Positions 55,863 through 64,000 of a stretch of DNA of 64,000 nucleotides are shown here, piece after piece. This DNA comes from a virus: the IMG/VR virus record IMGVR_UViG_3300027370_000003, positions 9,436 to 73,435 of that record; one strand, written 5' to 3'. The stretch's first letter is position 1. Each line of letters opens with the position of its first letter. The notes below the pieces were generated by a model, which saw nothing but the letters and a program-made list of their open reading frames with translations, had not been told where the DNA came from and made no database searches. Both the position numbers and the translations under genes were made by a program.

Positions 55863-56438
55863 TTGTCCACAAGCGCCCAGAAGCTCCCGATAGCGCGTTC
55901 CTTAGAGCGGTTTGCAAATCGCAAAGTGCAGGGCGCGCTCGCCGCTTTGGGCCAATCGCTCCCGGCGACGGTGGTGTCGGTCAGCGGAGGAATCGTCACG
56001 GTCAAATTCGCGCTGATGTCGCCCTACACGCTGCCGAACGTCACGGTGCCTATCGTCGGGTCGGAATACGTCCGGCTTCCGATCCAGGCAGGATGCCCCG
56101 GCTTCGTGCTGAGCGCGGACGCTTACCTCGGCGGCATGTCTGGCCTTGGCGGAGGGACGGCGGACCTTTCCCCGCGCGGCAATCTCTCGATGCTGGTCTG
56201 GACGCCTATCGGCAACAAGGCGTGGCAGGCGGTGATCGATGCCAACGCGATCGAGCTTTACGGTCCCGACGGCGGCATCATCCGAACTGCGGACAAGGCG
56301 AGCATCGTGAGAGTCTCGTCCGCCGGCACTAAGGTGACGCTCCCCGCCGGCGGCAATTTCGTGGTAAGCACGTTGCCGGTCGCCCCGGGACCGCCGGGGA
56401 CACTTTGGAATAGCGGCGGGCAGGTCATGGTGTCGTGA
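55863..56438 (+). CDS. baseplate spike (gpV-like)
   Basis: LPATVVSV.GGIVTV...P..GSEYVRLPIQ.G..G...ADAYLGG. Confidence 0.8.
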   Translation: MSTSAQKLPIARSLERFANRKVQGALAALGQSLPATVVSVSGGIVTVKFALMSPYTLPNVTVPIVGSEYVRLPIQAGCPGFVLSADAYLGGMSGLGGGTADLSPRGNLSMLVWTPIGNKAWQAVIDANAIELYGPDGGIIRTADKASIVRVSSAGTKVTLPAGGNFVVSTLPVAPGPPGTLWNSGGQVMVS

Positions 56439-56439
56439 G

Positions 56440-56787
56440 ATGCGAACTTTTGGCCGCGTGGTCAATCCAGACGGAAGCAAATCGTGGGTGGAAGTCACCA
56501 CCGACGCTAACGGTTTTGACGACGCTGTGTGGATCACCACGCTTTGCCAAAACTTCCTATTGAATCTCAACGAATCTCCGTTCGACGCCAACTGGGGATT
56601 GCCGGCGCAGCAATCCGTCCTTCAGCAGGTTCAGCCGGACTATTACGTCGCGCAAATTCAGCGGCAGTTCGCGCAGTATTTCGCCAGCCTAATTGTCGCC
56701 AAGGTGCCCGATGCGACAACCCCAACCTATAAGGTGTCGGTGACCACAAATCAGGGCTCAAAAATTATCGTCCAGGTGCCGACATGA
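56440..56787 (+). CDS. baseplate wedge (gpW-like)
   Basis: MRTFGR...TTLCQ.F.LNLNESPF.ANWGLPA. Confidence 0.8.
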   Translation: MRTFGRVVNPDGSKSWVEVTTDANGFDDAVWITTLCQNFLLNLNESPFDANWGLPAQQSVLQQVQPDYYVAQIQRQFAQYFASLIVAKVPDATTPTYKVSVTTNQGSKIIVQVPT

Positions 56788-57098
56788 GCGATGCCAAAGT
56801 CACTTTTGCTCGGCTCGATTCTCTCGATGCTCCCACCGGGCAAGAGCAGACTTTCGGCTTCGCTTGCCCGATCAAGAAAGGCCATCGCTGCGAAGGCCTC
56901 ATCATGGCCGGCCGGACAATACTCAAGCGAGACCCGCAGGGACAAAACGGCGGCATCGCACAATGGGATTGGAACGGCAACCGCACGGCGCCGACCTTCA
57001 CGCCGTCGATCAACGACGGGTTTTGCGGCTGGCACGGATACCTCCGCAACGGCCGCTGTGTTAACGCCCAAAGTGCAGACGAGCCGGAGCCGACATGA
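56784..57098 (+). CDS. DUF6527-family protein
   Basis: FACP...C...WDWNGN..APTFTPSI...CGWHGYLRNG. Confidence 0.75.
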   Translation: MSDAKVTFARLDSLDAPTGQEQTFGFACPIKKGHRCEGLIMAGRTILKRDPQGQNGGIAQWDWNGNRTAPTFTPSINDGFCGWHGYLRNGRCVNAQSADEPEPT

Positions 57099-58549
57099 GC
57101 AACACCGACTTCGAGTTCCCGGTCGTCATCACGTCGGCGGGAGTTCAGCCGACGCCGCCGGCGACAATCCTCACCGAACTCATTGCCAACGTCAGCGCGA
57201 CGAATCCTGGATATACGGCAGTTTTGCCCGGCTCATTGATTCGCGACGTATCGACCACGGAGGTCGGCGGCATCGCCTTGATCGATGCGGCGCGGGTCGA
57301 GACGCTGAACTCGATTTCGCCCTACGCGGCGAACGACTTCCTGCTCTTGGAACTCGGGCAAATCTACATCGGGCCCGGGGCGGCTCCGGGAGTTCCGACC
57401 AACACGTCGGTGTCGGTTGTTTTCACAGCCATAGACCCAAACACCAGCGCGCCGCTCGGCGGCCAAGTGATCGCGGTCGGCTTCACGGTCGGCGACGGGA
57501 CCTACCAGTACATCGTCCAGGACGGCGGGGTCACATCCTCGAACGGCCAAAGCCTGCCGCTGTTCTGCATCGCTACGATTCCCGGATCGTGGGCGGTCCC
57601 GTCGGGAAGCGTAACGCAATTGGTCACGGCGGCGCCGCCGGGCGTCAACCTGACGTGCTCGAACCCGCAGCCGGGATTTGCCGGCCTCGCCGCGGAGACG
57701 ACGGAGCAATTCCGCGCGCGCGTCCTGATGGCGGGCCAGGCGATAGCAACCGGGACGGAATCGCTCCTCAAGACGCTCCTGTTCCAGGTCTCCGGCGTCC
57801 AGCAGCGGCTCGTCTCCGTGCGCCAGCAGGGGGCGGCTTGGGAAGTGATCGTCGGAGGCGGTGACCCCTATCAGGTTGCCGGGGCCATCTACGCCTCGGG
57901 GGTGAACATCGCCGGCCTGGTCGGATCGACGCTTTCGGTGACGAACATCACTAACGCAAACCCCGGCGTGGTGACGACGAACCTCAACCACGGCTTTGCC
58001 ACCGGCCAAGTCATAACGATGGCCGGCATCGTCGGGATGACGCCGCTCAACGGCATCCCGCTCACGATCACGGTTCTCACCGAGAAGACCTTCAGCATCG
58101 GTGTCGACACGACGGGTTATCCGCTCTACGTCAGCGGCGGCGTGGTTTCCCCGAACCTGCGCAACGCGACGCCGAATATCAGGGACGCGCCCGACCTTTA
58201 CACGGTCCCCTTCGTGATCCCGCCGCAGCAGACCGTGACCATAGCGGTGACGTGGAACACGACTCTGCCGAACTTCGTCTCGCAGGCGGCAGTGGCGCAA
58301 CTCGCCTCGACAGCGATCGCGGCCTACATCAACGGCATCGAGGTCGGGGCACCGATCAGCCTGCTCGAGCTAGGGACGACGTTCGCCGCCGCGGTGATTT
58401 CAGTCATTGACCCGTCGACGATCTCTGTCTTGACCTTTGCGGTGTCAATAAACGGAGTTTCGACGGCACCGACCGGACAGTTAGTCCAGGGCGATCCGGA
58501 GAGCTACATGTTTTCAACGGTCGCCGGCATCGCCGTAACGCAGGTCTAG
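57095..58549 (+). CDS. baseplate J-like protein with inserted FCCH-like module
   Basis: PG.LI.DVSTT...N.ISPY.AN...GG...ET.EQFRARV...GGDPY.VA.AI. Confidence 0.9.
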   Translation: MSNTDFEFPVVITSAGVQPTPPATILTELIANVSATNPGYTAVLPGSLIRDVSTTEVGGIALIDAARVETLNSISPYAANDFLLLELGQIYIGPGAAPGVPTNTSVSVVFTAIDPNTSAPLGGQVIAVGFTVGDGTYQYIVQDGGVTSSNGQSLPLFCIATIPGSWAVPSGSVTQLVTAAPPGVNLTCSNPQPGFAGLAAETTEQFRARVLMAGQAIATGTESLLKTLLFQVSGVQQRLVSVRQQGAAWEVIVGGGDPYQVAGAIYASGVNIAGLVGSTLSVTNITNANPGVVTTNLNHGFATGQVITMAGIVGMTPLNGIPLTITVLTEKTFSIGVDTTGYPLYVSGGVVSPNLRNATPNIRDAPDLYTVPFVIPPQQTVTIAVTWNTTLPNFVSQAAVAQLASTAIAAYINGIEVGAPISLLELGTTFAAAVISVIDPSTISVLTFAVSINGVSTAPTGQLVQGDPESYMFSTVAGIAVTQV

Positions 58550-58550
58550 C

Positions 58551-59624
58551 ATGGCGAGCCCGGTCTCCCTTTACGCGCCAGCGGCGACCGTCGTTACGGT
58601 GGGCGGCCAGCCGATCACGGCGGCTTATGGGCCGCTGCTCGGCGGATTCATCCAGAATCCGTACAGCAATATCGACCAGGGAACGATCTTCGCGGAGCCG
58701 CTGTTCGTCAGCATCGACGGCCCAGCCGCGCTCTCCGACACCGGAACCACGACACGCCTCGAGGCCGGGGGCATTTTCCAGATCCCGCCGGGGCTGACGG
58801 GGAACGTCAGCGTCAACGCGAAAACCTCCGGGCACAAGTTCTCCGGGGTGGTGTTCCAATCGCCCACCCCGTTCCCGCCGACGCCGCAGCCCGGCACTTT
58901 CCCGCCGTCCGAGCCGACGGTGGTGACGACGGTCATCCCGTCCTACCTCTACCAGCAGTACCAGGACGACGACGACCTCCAGGCCTTCGTCGAGGCTTAC
59001 AACGCCCTGGCGCAGGGCTACGTCGACTGGTTCGTAAACACGCCGCTACCGGTCTACACGAACCCTCTGATCGCCGGGCCGCTCCTGGATTGGGTCGCCG
59101 GCGGCGTCTACGGCATGATTCGGCCGGCTCTCTCGTCCGGGCGCAACCGGGACATCGGTCCGGTGAACACCTACGGACCGAACACGTTGGAGCCGAACCG
59201 GCGGAAGGAGATCGGTCCCCGGAACGTGGTCGCGACCTCCGACGACGTCTTCAAGCGGATCATGACGTGGAATTATTACAAGGGCGACGGCAACGTTTTC
59301 GACGTTCGATGGCTAAAGCGGCGGATCAAGCGGTTCTTGATCGGGGTCAATGGGACGGCGCCGAACGTCGATGAGACCTACGAGATCAGCGTGACCTACG
59401 GCAACGGGGTTATCGCCATCCGGATCAGCGTGGGGACGAGAACCATAACCGGCGGCGCGCTCCCGAACCGCTTCGGCTGCAATAGGCTGACGCCGAACGC
59501 GCTGAAGACCTTGTTCGTCCCGTCGCCGACGGTTCCTTTTCCGCTCGCGCCCGTGCTACAACAAGCCCTGCAGTCGGGCGTGTTGCAGCTTCCTTTTCAA
59601 TACGCGGTGGGAATAGCGATATGA
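58551..59624 (+). CDS. baseplate wedge (DUF2612-like) with extra N-terminal domain
   Basis: IPSYLYQQY.DDDDLQAF...LDWVA.G.YG..RP...DD.FKR..TWN.YKGDG. Confidence 0.85.
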   Translation: MASPVSLYAPAATVVTVGGQPITAAYGPLLGGFIQNPYSNIDQGTIFAEPLFVSIDGPAALSDTGTTTRLEAGGIFQIPPGLTGNVSVNAKTSGHKFSGVVFQSPTPFPPTPQPGTFPPSEPTVVTTVIPSYLYQQYQDDDDLQAFVEAYNALAQGYVDWFVNTPLPVYTNPLIAGPLLDWVAGGVYGMIRPALSSGRNRDIGPVNTYGPNTLEPNRRKEIGPRNVVATSDDVFKRIMTWNYYKGDGNVFDVRWLKRRIKRFLIGVNGTAPNVDETYEISVTYGNGVIAIRISVGTRTITGGALPNRFGCNRLTPNALKTLFVPSPTVPFPLAPVLQQALQSGVLQLPFQYAVGIAI

Positions 59625-59637
59625 GGAGCAGGGGTCC

Positions 59638-60270
59638 ATGACCGTTTTTCTCATGGCGAATAATGCGTCAAGCACGCTCGCCGCGCCGATCTCGAACTCC
59701 GCAACGACGGTGTCCCTTGCGGTTGGAACCGGGGCGCTGTTTCCCAACCCGAGCGCCGGCCAGCAGTTTCCCCTCACCTTCAACGACGCCGCCACCGGAT
59801 TGCTGGATGAAATCGTTTATTGCACGTCGAGAACCGGGGACACGCTCACCATCGTCCGGGCGCAGGAAGGAACGACCGCGCAGTCATGGCTTGCCGGCGA
59901 TCTCGCGGCGAATCTCATCACGGAAGGGTTGCTCGCATCCTATCAGCAAAGCTCCGCGCTGAGCCCGGCGCGGACGGTCACGGCCTCCGGCGCTTTTGCG
60001 ATGAGCACGGCCGATGCCGGGGGTGGTGTCGGTCTTGACAGGATCGTCGGGCCCGCAGTTTCATCGACAACGCTTCCGGTCTCGACCGACGGGCAAACCT
60101 ACTGGATCGAGGATCTCTCGCGGAACTTCAACGCATTCCCGGTGGCGGTCACTTTCCCCGGTGGCACGACGGGGCCGAACGGGGCCGCGACGGTCACGCT
60201 CAACGTCAACGGCCAATGCGCGCAGTTCCGCTTCTACGCCGACAGCAACATCTGGAGCTTCAAGCCATGA
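59638..60270 (+). CDS. tail-fibre baseplate anchor (no signal peptide)
   Basis: ANNASSTLA..IS..AT...G.GALFP...EIV.CT.R.GDTLTIVRAQEGT.A..W.AG, typical fibre N-terminus. Confidence 0.8.
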   Translation: MTVFLMANNASSTLAAPISNSATTVSLAVGTGALFPNPSAGQQFPLTFNDAATGLLDEIVYCTSRTGDTLTIVRAQEGTTAQSWLAGDLAANLITEGLLASYQQSSALSPARTVTASGAFAMSTADAGGGVGLDRIVGPAVSSTTLPVSTDGQTYWIEDLSRNFNAFPVAVTFPGGTTGPNGAATVTLNVNGQCAQFRFYADSNIWSFKP

Positions 60271-61652
60271 GAATCGTCGCTTTCATCCTCGGGCTTTTCC
60301 TGCTCGGCGTCGTGCCGGCGGCGGCGCAGTTCGATCAGGCGTCCTACGCCGGGACCGGGGCAGGCTCAGCGAACGCGCAGACGATCACGCTGCCGAACGC
60401 GACGCAGTATTCCGATTTGCTTGGCGTGCTGGTCAAGTACATCCCGGGCGCGACGAACACCGCGGCCGCAACGTTGGCGGTATCCGGCAACGGCGGCACA
60501 TTGACCGGCGGTCCGATCTCCTTCCGCAAGCCATCCATCGGCGGTCTGGTCGCTCTGACCGGCACCGAACTGATCATCGGGCAACCCGTCTGGATCATGT
60601 ACGACGGGACCTATTTCGACGTTTTGAGTGTGACCAGCAGCACGGTGACGGCGGCGAATCTCGCAAACTCGGCGATCGGTTTTATGCCGGTCAATTCGCA
60701 GCTAAATGCTGCGGTGTCGGCGAACGCGCTAACGATCTCGCTGTGTTCGGCCAACTCCGGCAGCAATACCTGCATCAATCCGAGCGCGACGAGTCCGGTC
60801 CTGATCCCGTTCCGTGATTCCACGATTGCCTTTGGTGATCCGACTATCGTTCCGGTCACTGGCGCGCTCAGCTTCACCATCGCGTCCGGGCAGACGATGG
60901 GCTGCGTCAACAATCAGATGTGCCGTCTCTGGGTCTTGGGCTTCAATAATGCCGGGACAGTCCAGCTTTGCGCCTATAACGCCTTGATCGGGACTTCCGT
61001 TGGCCCGATCAATGAGGGCGTCCTCCAGACCAGCCAATCCGGCACGTCGGGCGGCTCGTCGGCGCAGCTTTACTATTGCAACGCCTCGGCGGTCACGAAC
61101 AAGGCGGTCCGCATCCTCGGCTACGTCGAGATCAGCGAGTCCACGGCGGGGACCTGGGCGACGGGACCCACCTACGTCCAATTGTTCGGCCCCGGCGTGA
61201 AGAAGCCGGGCGAGACCGTTCAACGCGCCTTTTCACCTAACAGCACGAGCTATGCCTCTACGACATCATACGCGCCGGCGACGAACTTCAGCCAAGCCAT
61301 CACACCTACGTCGGCGGCAAACCCGATCTTTATCCACGCAGAAGCTAACTATCAAACCACCGCTAACGACGGTAGCAACGCCCAGATCGGCCGAACGAGT
61401 TGCTCAAATCTGGTCGGTAACAACGCGGTGCTGAGCGGAAGTACGGCCGTGATCGGCATGGCGCCGATATCGGCCATCGATTCTCCGAACACCACGTCCT
61501 CCGTGACTTACGTTCTATGTCTGAAAGCAGCCGTCGGGGGCGCAACTTCTATAAACAACAACACAGGCAACATCAGTTCGATGAGCGTTGAGGAGATCAT
61601 GGGCGCGCTCGAACCGGCGAACGACGACCAACCGCTCCGCATGGTAGGCTGA
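60267..61652 (+). CDS. tail fibre protein with Sec-type signal peptide
   Basis: MRIVAFILGLFLLGVVPAAA|Q; ATGA overlap fixes the start; fibre motif ANA.T.T...NT.AATL...YDGT.F; 8 Cys. Confidence 0.8.
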   Translation: MRIVAFILGLFLLGVVPAAAQFDQASYAGTGAGSANAQTITLPNATQYSDLLGVLVKYIPGATNTAAATLAVSGNGGTLTGGPISFRKPSIGGLVALTGTELIIGQPVWIMYDGTYFDVLSVTSSTVTAANLANSAIGFMPVNSQLNAAVSANALTISLCSANSGSNTCINPSATSPVLIPFRDSTIAFGDPTIVPVTGALSFTIASGQTMGCVNNQMCRLWVLGFNNAGTVQLCAYNALIGTSVGPINEGVLQTSQSGTSGGSSAQLYYCNASAVTNKAVRILGYVEISESTAGTWATGPTYVQLFGPGVKKPGETVQRAFSPNSTSYASTTSYAPATNFSQAITPTSAANPIFIHAEANYQTTANDGSNAQIGRTSCSNLVGNNAVLSGSTAVIGMAPISAIDSPNTTSSVTYVLCLKAAVGGATSINNNTGNISSMSVEEIMGALEPANDDQPLRMVG

Positions 61653-61653
61653 C

Positions 61654-61980
61654 ATGGCAGCGACTCCCGTCACGCCGGTCCCGGCGCTCAACTCTCAGGT
61701 CGCCGTCGGCGGCACTGCGGTTACGGTCTTTGGGCCGGCGCCGAACGGCGGCTATCTCCAGAACCCGGCGTCGGCGAACGATCAGGGCATCGGCGCCGCG
61801 GAGGACTTGATCGTCAATCCCGTCACTGCGGCAGTCGCGCCAGGCGTCGCCGGCGGCGTCAACGGGACGAACTTCCGCATCCCGCCCGGCGGCGGATGGA
61901 ATCTCATCGCTGGACAGACGACCCCTACTTCGATGAACGCGGCAACATCGGGCCACAAGATAAGCGGCGTGTCTTATTGA
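61654..61980 (+). CDS. small virion protein, stand-alone copy of the 58551 N-terminal domain
   Basis: VGG...GG.LQNP....DQG..AE.L.V...NA.TSGHK.SGV shared. Confidence 0.75.
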   Translation: MAATPVTPVPALNSQVAVGGTAVTVFGPAPNGGYLQNPASANDQGIGAAEDLIVNPVTAAVAPGVAGGVNGTNFRIPPGGGWNLIAGQTTPTSMNAATSGHKISGVSY

Positions 61981-61990
61981 GGAACGAAAA

Positions 61991-64000
61991 ATGCTGAGTA
62001 TCGCGCGCGCATTTGCGTTCCTTGCCGTCGTCGCATTCGGCGGTTCCGCCGTTGCACAACCCGGTCCGGGACAAAATGGCGGTCCGGTCCCGCCACCGTC
62101 GCCTTGGCTCTATGCGGCGCCGCAAATCTATCCGCCGGCCGGAAGCTGCTTGACGATGCCGCAGACCGTCACCGGCGGGTGCGAAGGTTCGAACACAATC
62201 AATGCGCAGGGAGTGTTTGTTTCTGGCAATCCCGTCGCGGCGGCAGGAGCCAGCGCCCCTCTCGGCGGCCTGCCGCTCTACGCTAGCCCGACCGGGTCCG
62301 GGAATTGTCTGAGCCCCGGCGCGGGCGCGTGCTCGCTCGCTACGGCGTGTTCGTTTGTAAGACAGATTGCAACGTTCATTGGAAGCGCAGGGCCGATCAA
62401 TCTTGCGGACGGCACCTATTCGACGGCAGTTAGCGGCGCGCTTTGTAGCATCAACGGTAATGGCGGCGGCAGTTCATCGCAACTTGTTTCCATCATTGGC
62501 GATGTAGCCACGCCGACGAATGTCGTTCTCGCGGTCCCGAATAATTCCATCGGCGTCATCGCTCAAGACGGCGGTGAGGTAGGCATTAATAGCCTTGAAT
62601 TTACCGGCGGCAACGGCTCGGTGGGCATTCAAGCCCGGCAGTTTGCAGTTGCCGATTATTCTTTCGTGTCATGGGGAAGCTGGGGCACGGGTGGCTCACA
62701 TTTTTCTGTCAACCAAAACGCTTCGGCTAATCTACTGAATACCGAGACGATCCTAGCCAACTTCACCGGCAGCAATCATTGGACGATCACAGGTGGAGGT
62801 TCTTTCAGTGCGGGCGCAGCAACAAATATCCCATCCGCCGTTTCATGGTCAGGTGGCGAATTTCTAGGAGCGACGGGAAATGTTTTTATTGACCTGAGCG
62901 GGTGGTCAACAACCGGATCGGGTGTGTCAGGATCGACGGGTGTACGGGCTACGTTGCAAGGGCCGGGCTACTTGGTAGTGGCCGGGTCGTGTGCGTCGGT
63001 CTTGCCCGGCACAGCTTTGGGTGGCTGCTCATTTAGCTATGGCTTTCAGGACAGCAACGGCGACGGGATGACCGGCACTGGCATCGTGGTCGGTCAATCG
63101 CAGCCGACTATTGATGGTCAGATCGTTGCGCCTCATACCTACGCAGGCTTGCCCGGCTCGCCAACAGCAGGTCAAATCGAACACATCATTGACGGCCTCG
63201 CAGCAAATTGCGGCGACGGCACATGCACCGCGCCGAACACGACAGTCACCGGCGGTGGCGGCTCGCTCGATCTTCTTATTGGATGGAGCGGAGCAAATTG
63301 GCGTATGTTCCGCGCGGCAGGAACACAGAGCACGACCGGGACAGGCGCCCTTGTACTTCGCGTTTCGCCGACTCTTGTAGGAACGCCTATCATATCGAAT
63401 AACGCGACAACGCTAGGTGCTCCGCAGTCTGGAACCGCGCTTCTCATCAGCAGCGCCGATGCGGCAATCACGAGAATCCAACTCGACAGCTTCGCCAATG
63501 TCGGCGGCGTCTCTTGCGTCCGCGCCGATGGCACGAACGCCTCGCCGACGGCGCTCCAGAACAACGATCAAATCTGCACCTACAATGCGTGGGGTTACGA
63601 CGGCACCGCCATCAGCGCGACCTCGCAGGCATCAATCGAAATGTATGCCTCGCAGAATTGGGCGGTTGGCGCGCACGGGACTTACGTCCAAATCTCAACC
63701 ACTCCGAATGGCAGCGTCACGCGTGCCGCACGGCTGAACATCGAGAATGATGGCGGCATCGACTGCACTGGGGTCACCGGCGGCGATCAGGGCGCTGCCA
63801 CGCTCAACTGCACAAAGCTCTATCAGGCCGGCGTCCAGGTCGCGGCGTTCAACGCGTCGACAACCGTCAACGGACAAAACTGCGCGCTCGGTGGAACCTG
63901 CACCGTCCCAACCACGAGCATCACGGTCGGCACTACGACGATCGGCAGCGGAACACCGAACGGTCTCCTCTACGACAATGCTGGCGTGCTTGGGAATCTC
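61991..64000 (+). CDS. tail fibre / tailspike (beta-helix-like) with signal peptide; runs off window end
   Basis: Manual translation open for 670 codons; GAGGA RBS; MLSIARAFAFLAVVAFGGSAVA|Q; LYASPTG...INLADGTY; 16 Cys; G/S/T-rich. Confidence 0.85.
   Translation, partial: MLSIARAFAFLAVVAFGGSAVAQPGPGQNGGPVPPPSPWLYAAPQIYPPAGSCLTMPQTVTGGCEGSNTINAQGVFVSGNPVAAAGASAPLGGLPLYASPTGSGNCLSPGAGACSLATACSFVRQIATFIGSAGPINLADGTYSTAVSGALCSINGNGGGSSSQLVSIIGDVATPTNVVLAVPNNSIGVIAQDGGEVGINSLEFTGGNGSVGIQARQFAVADYSFVSWGSWGTGGSHFSVNQNASANLLNTETILANFTGSNHWTITGGGSFSAGAATNIPSAVSWSGGEFLGATGNVFIDLSGWSTTGSGVSGSTGVRATLQGPGYLVVAGSCASVLPGTALGGCSFSYGFQDSNGDGMTGTGIVVGQSQPTIDGQIVAPHTYAGLPGSPTAGQIEHIIDGLAANCGDGTCTAPNTTVTGGGGSLDLLIGWSGANWRMFRAAGTQSTTGTGALVLRVSPTLVGTPIISNNATTLGAPQSGTALLISSADAAITRIQLDSFANVGGVSCVRADGTNASPTALQNNDQICTYNAWGYDGTAISATSQASIEMYASQNWAVGAHGTYVQISTTPNGSVTRAARLNIENDGGIDCTGVTGGDQGAATLNCTKLYQAGVQVAAFNASTTVNGQNCALGGTCTVPTTSITVGTTTIGSGTPNGLLYDNAGVLGNL

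Noticed and set aside
39904-58145. Ubiquitin-activation function for the FCCH-like modules
   Set aside because: Only a small beta-domain resemblance; no E1 adenylation domain, E2 or Ubl gene in the window.
1-64000. CRISPR array, DGR/retron reverse transcriptase, rRNA, lysis cassette, host genes
   Set aside because: No regularly spaced repeats, no RT motif (YxDD) in a credible ORF, no rRNA; no convincing holin/endolysin/spanin set seen (it may lie beyond 64000).

Overview
The whole window is bacteriophage DNA; I recognised no host genes. It is a GC-rich tailed phage with a contractile tail (Bcep781/Aaphi23-like head and tail gene set), probably infecting an Alphaproteobacterium (inferred from gene families and promoter style). 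Layout: 1-9.4 kb leftward early/recombination operon (DUF5131, HNH, YqaJ exonuclease, Erf, HIRAN); 9.5-16.2 kb rightward operon (Cro-like, RuvC-like, two DNA methyltransferases, minimal O/P-like replication pair); 16.8-25 kb array of small accessory genes containing a promoter-HTH-integrase unit; 25.3-64 kb terminase, portal, head, tail, baseplate and fibres. The structural region is interrupted by three GIY-YIG endonucleases, a methyltransferase plus two glycosyltransferase-like paralogues, morons and three antisense tRNAs. Best lead: the tail-fibre locus is split into a cytoplasmic baseplate anchor and two Cys-rich distal fibre proteins that each begin with a Sec-type signal peptide, suggesting fibres that mature in the periplasm. 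Other leads: a GIY-YIG that rebuilt the start of the gene it invaded, five copies of one beta-module inserted across virion proteins, a possible virion glycosylation kit, a Nudix-protease fusion, a 77%-identical inverted gene pair and a hairpin-rich candidate ncRNA. All family assignments are by motif recognition, not database search.
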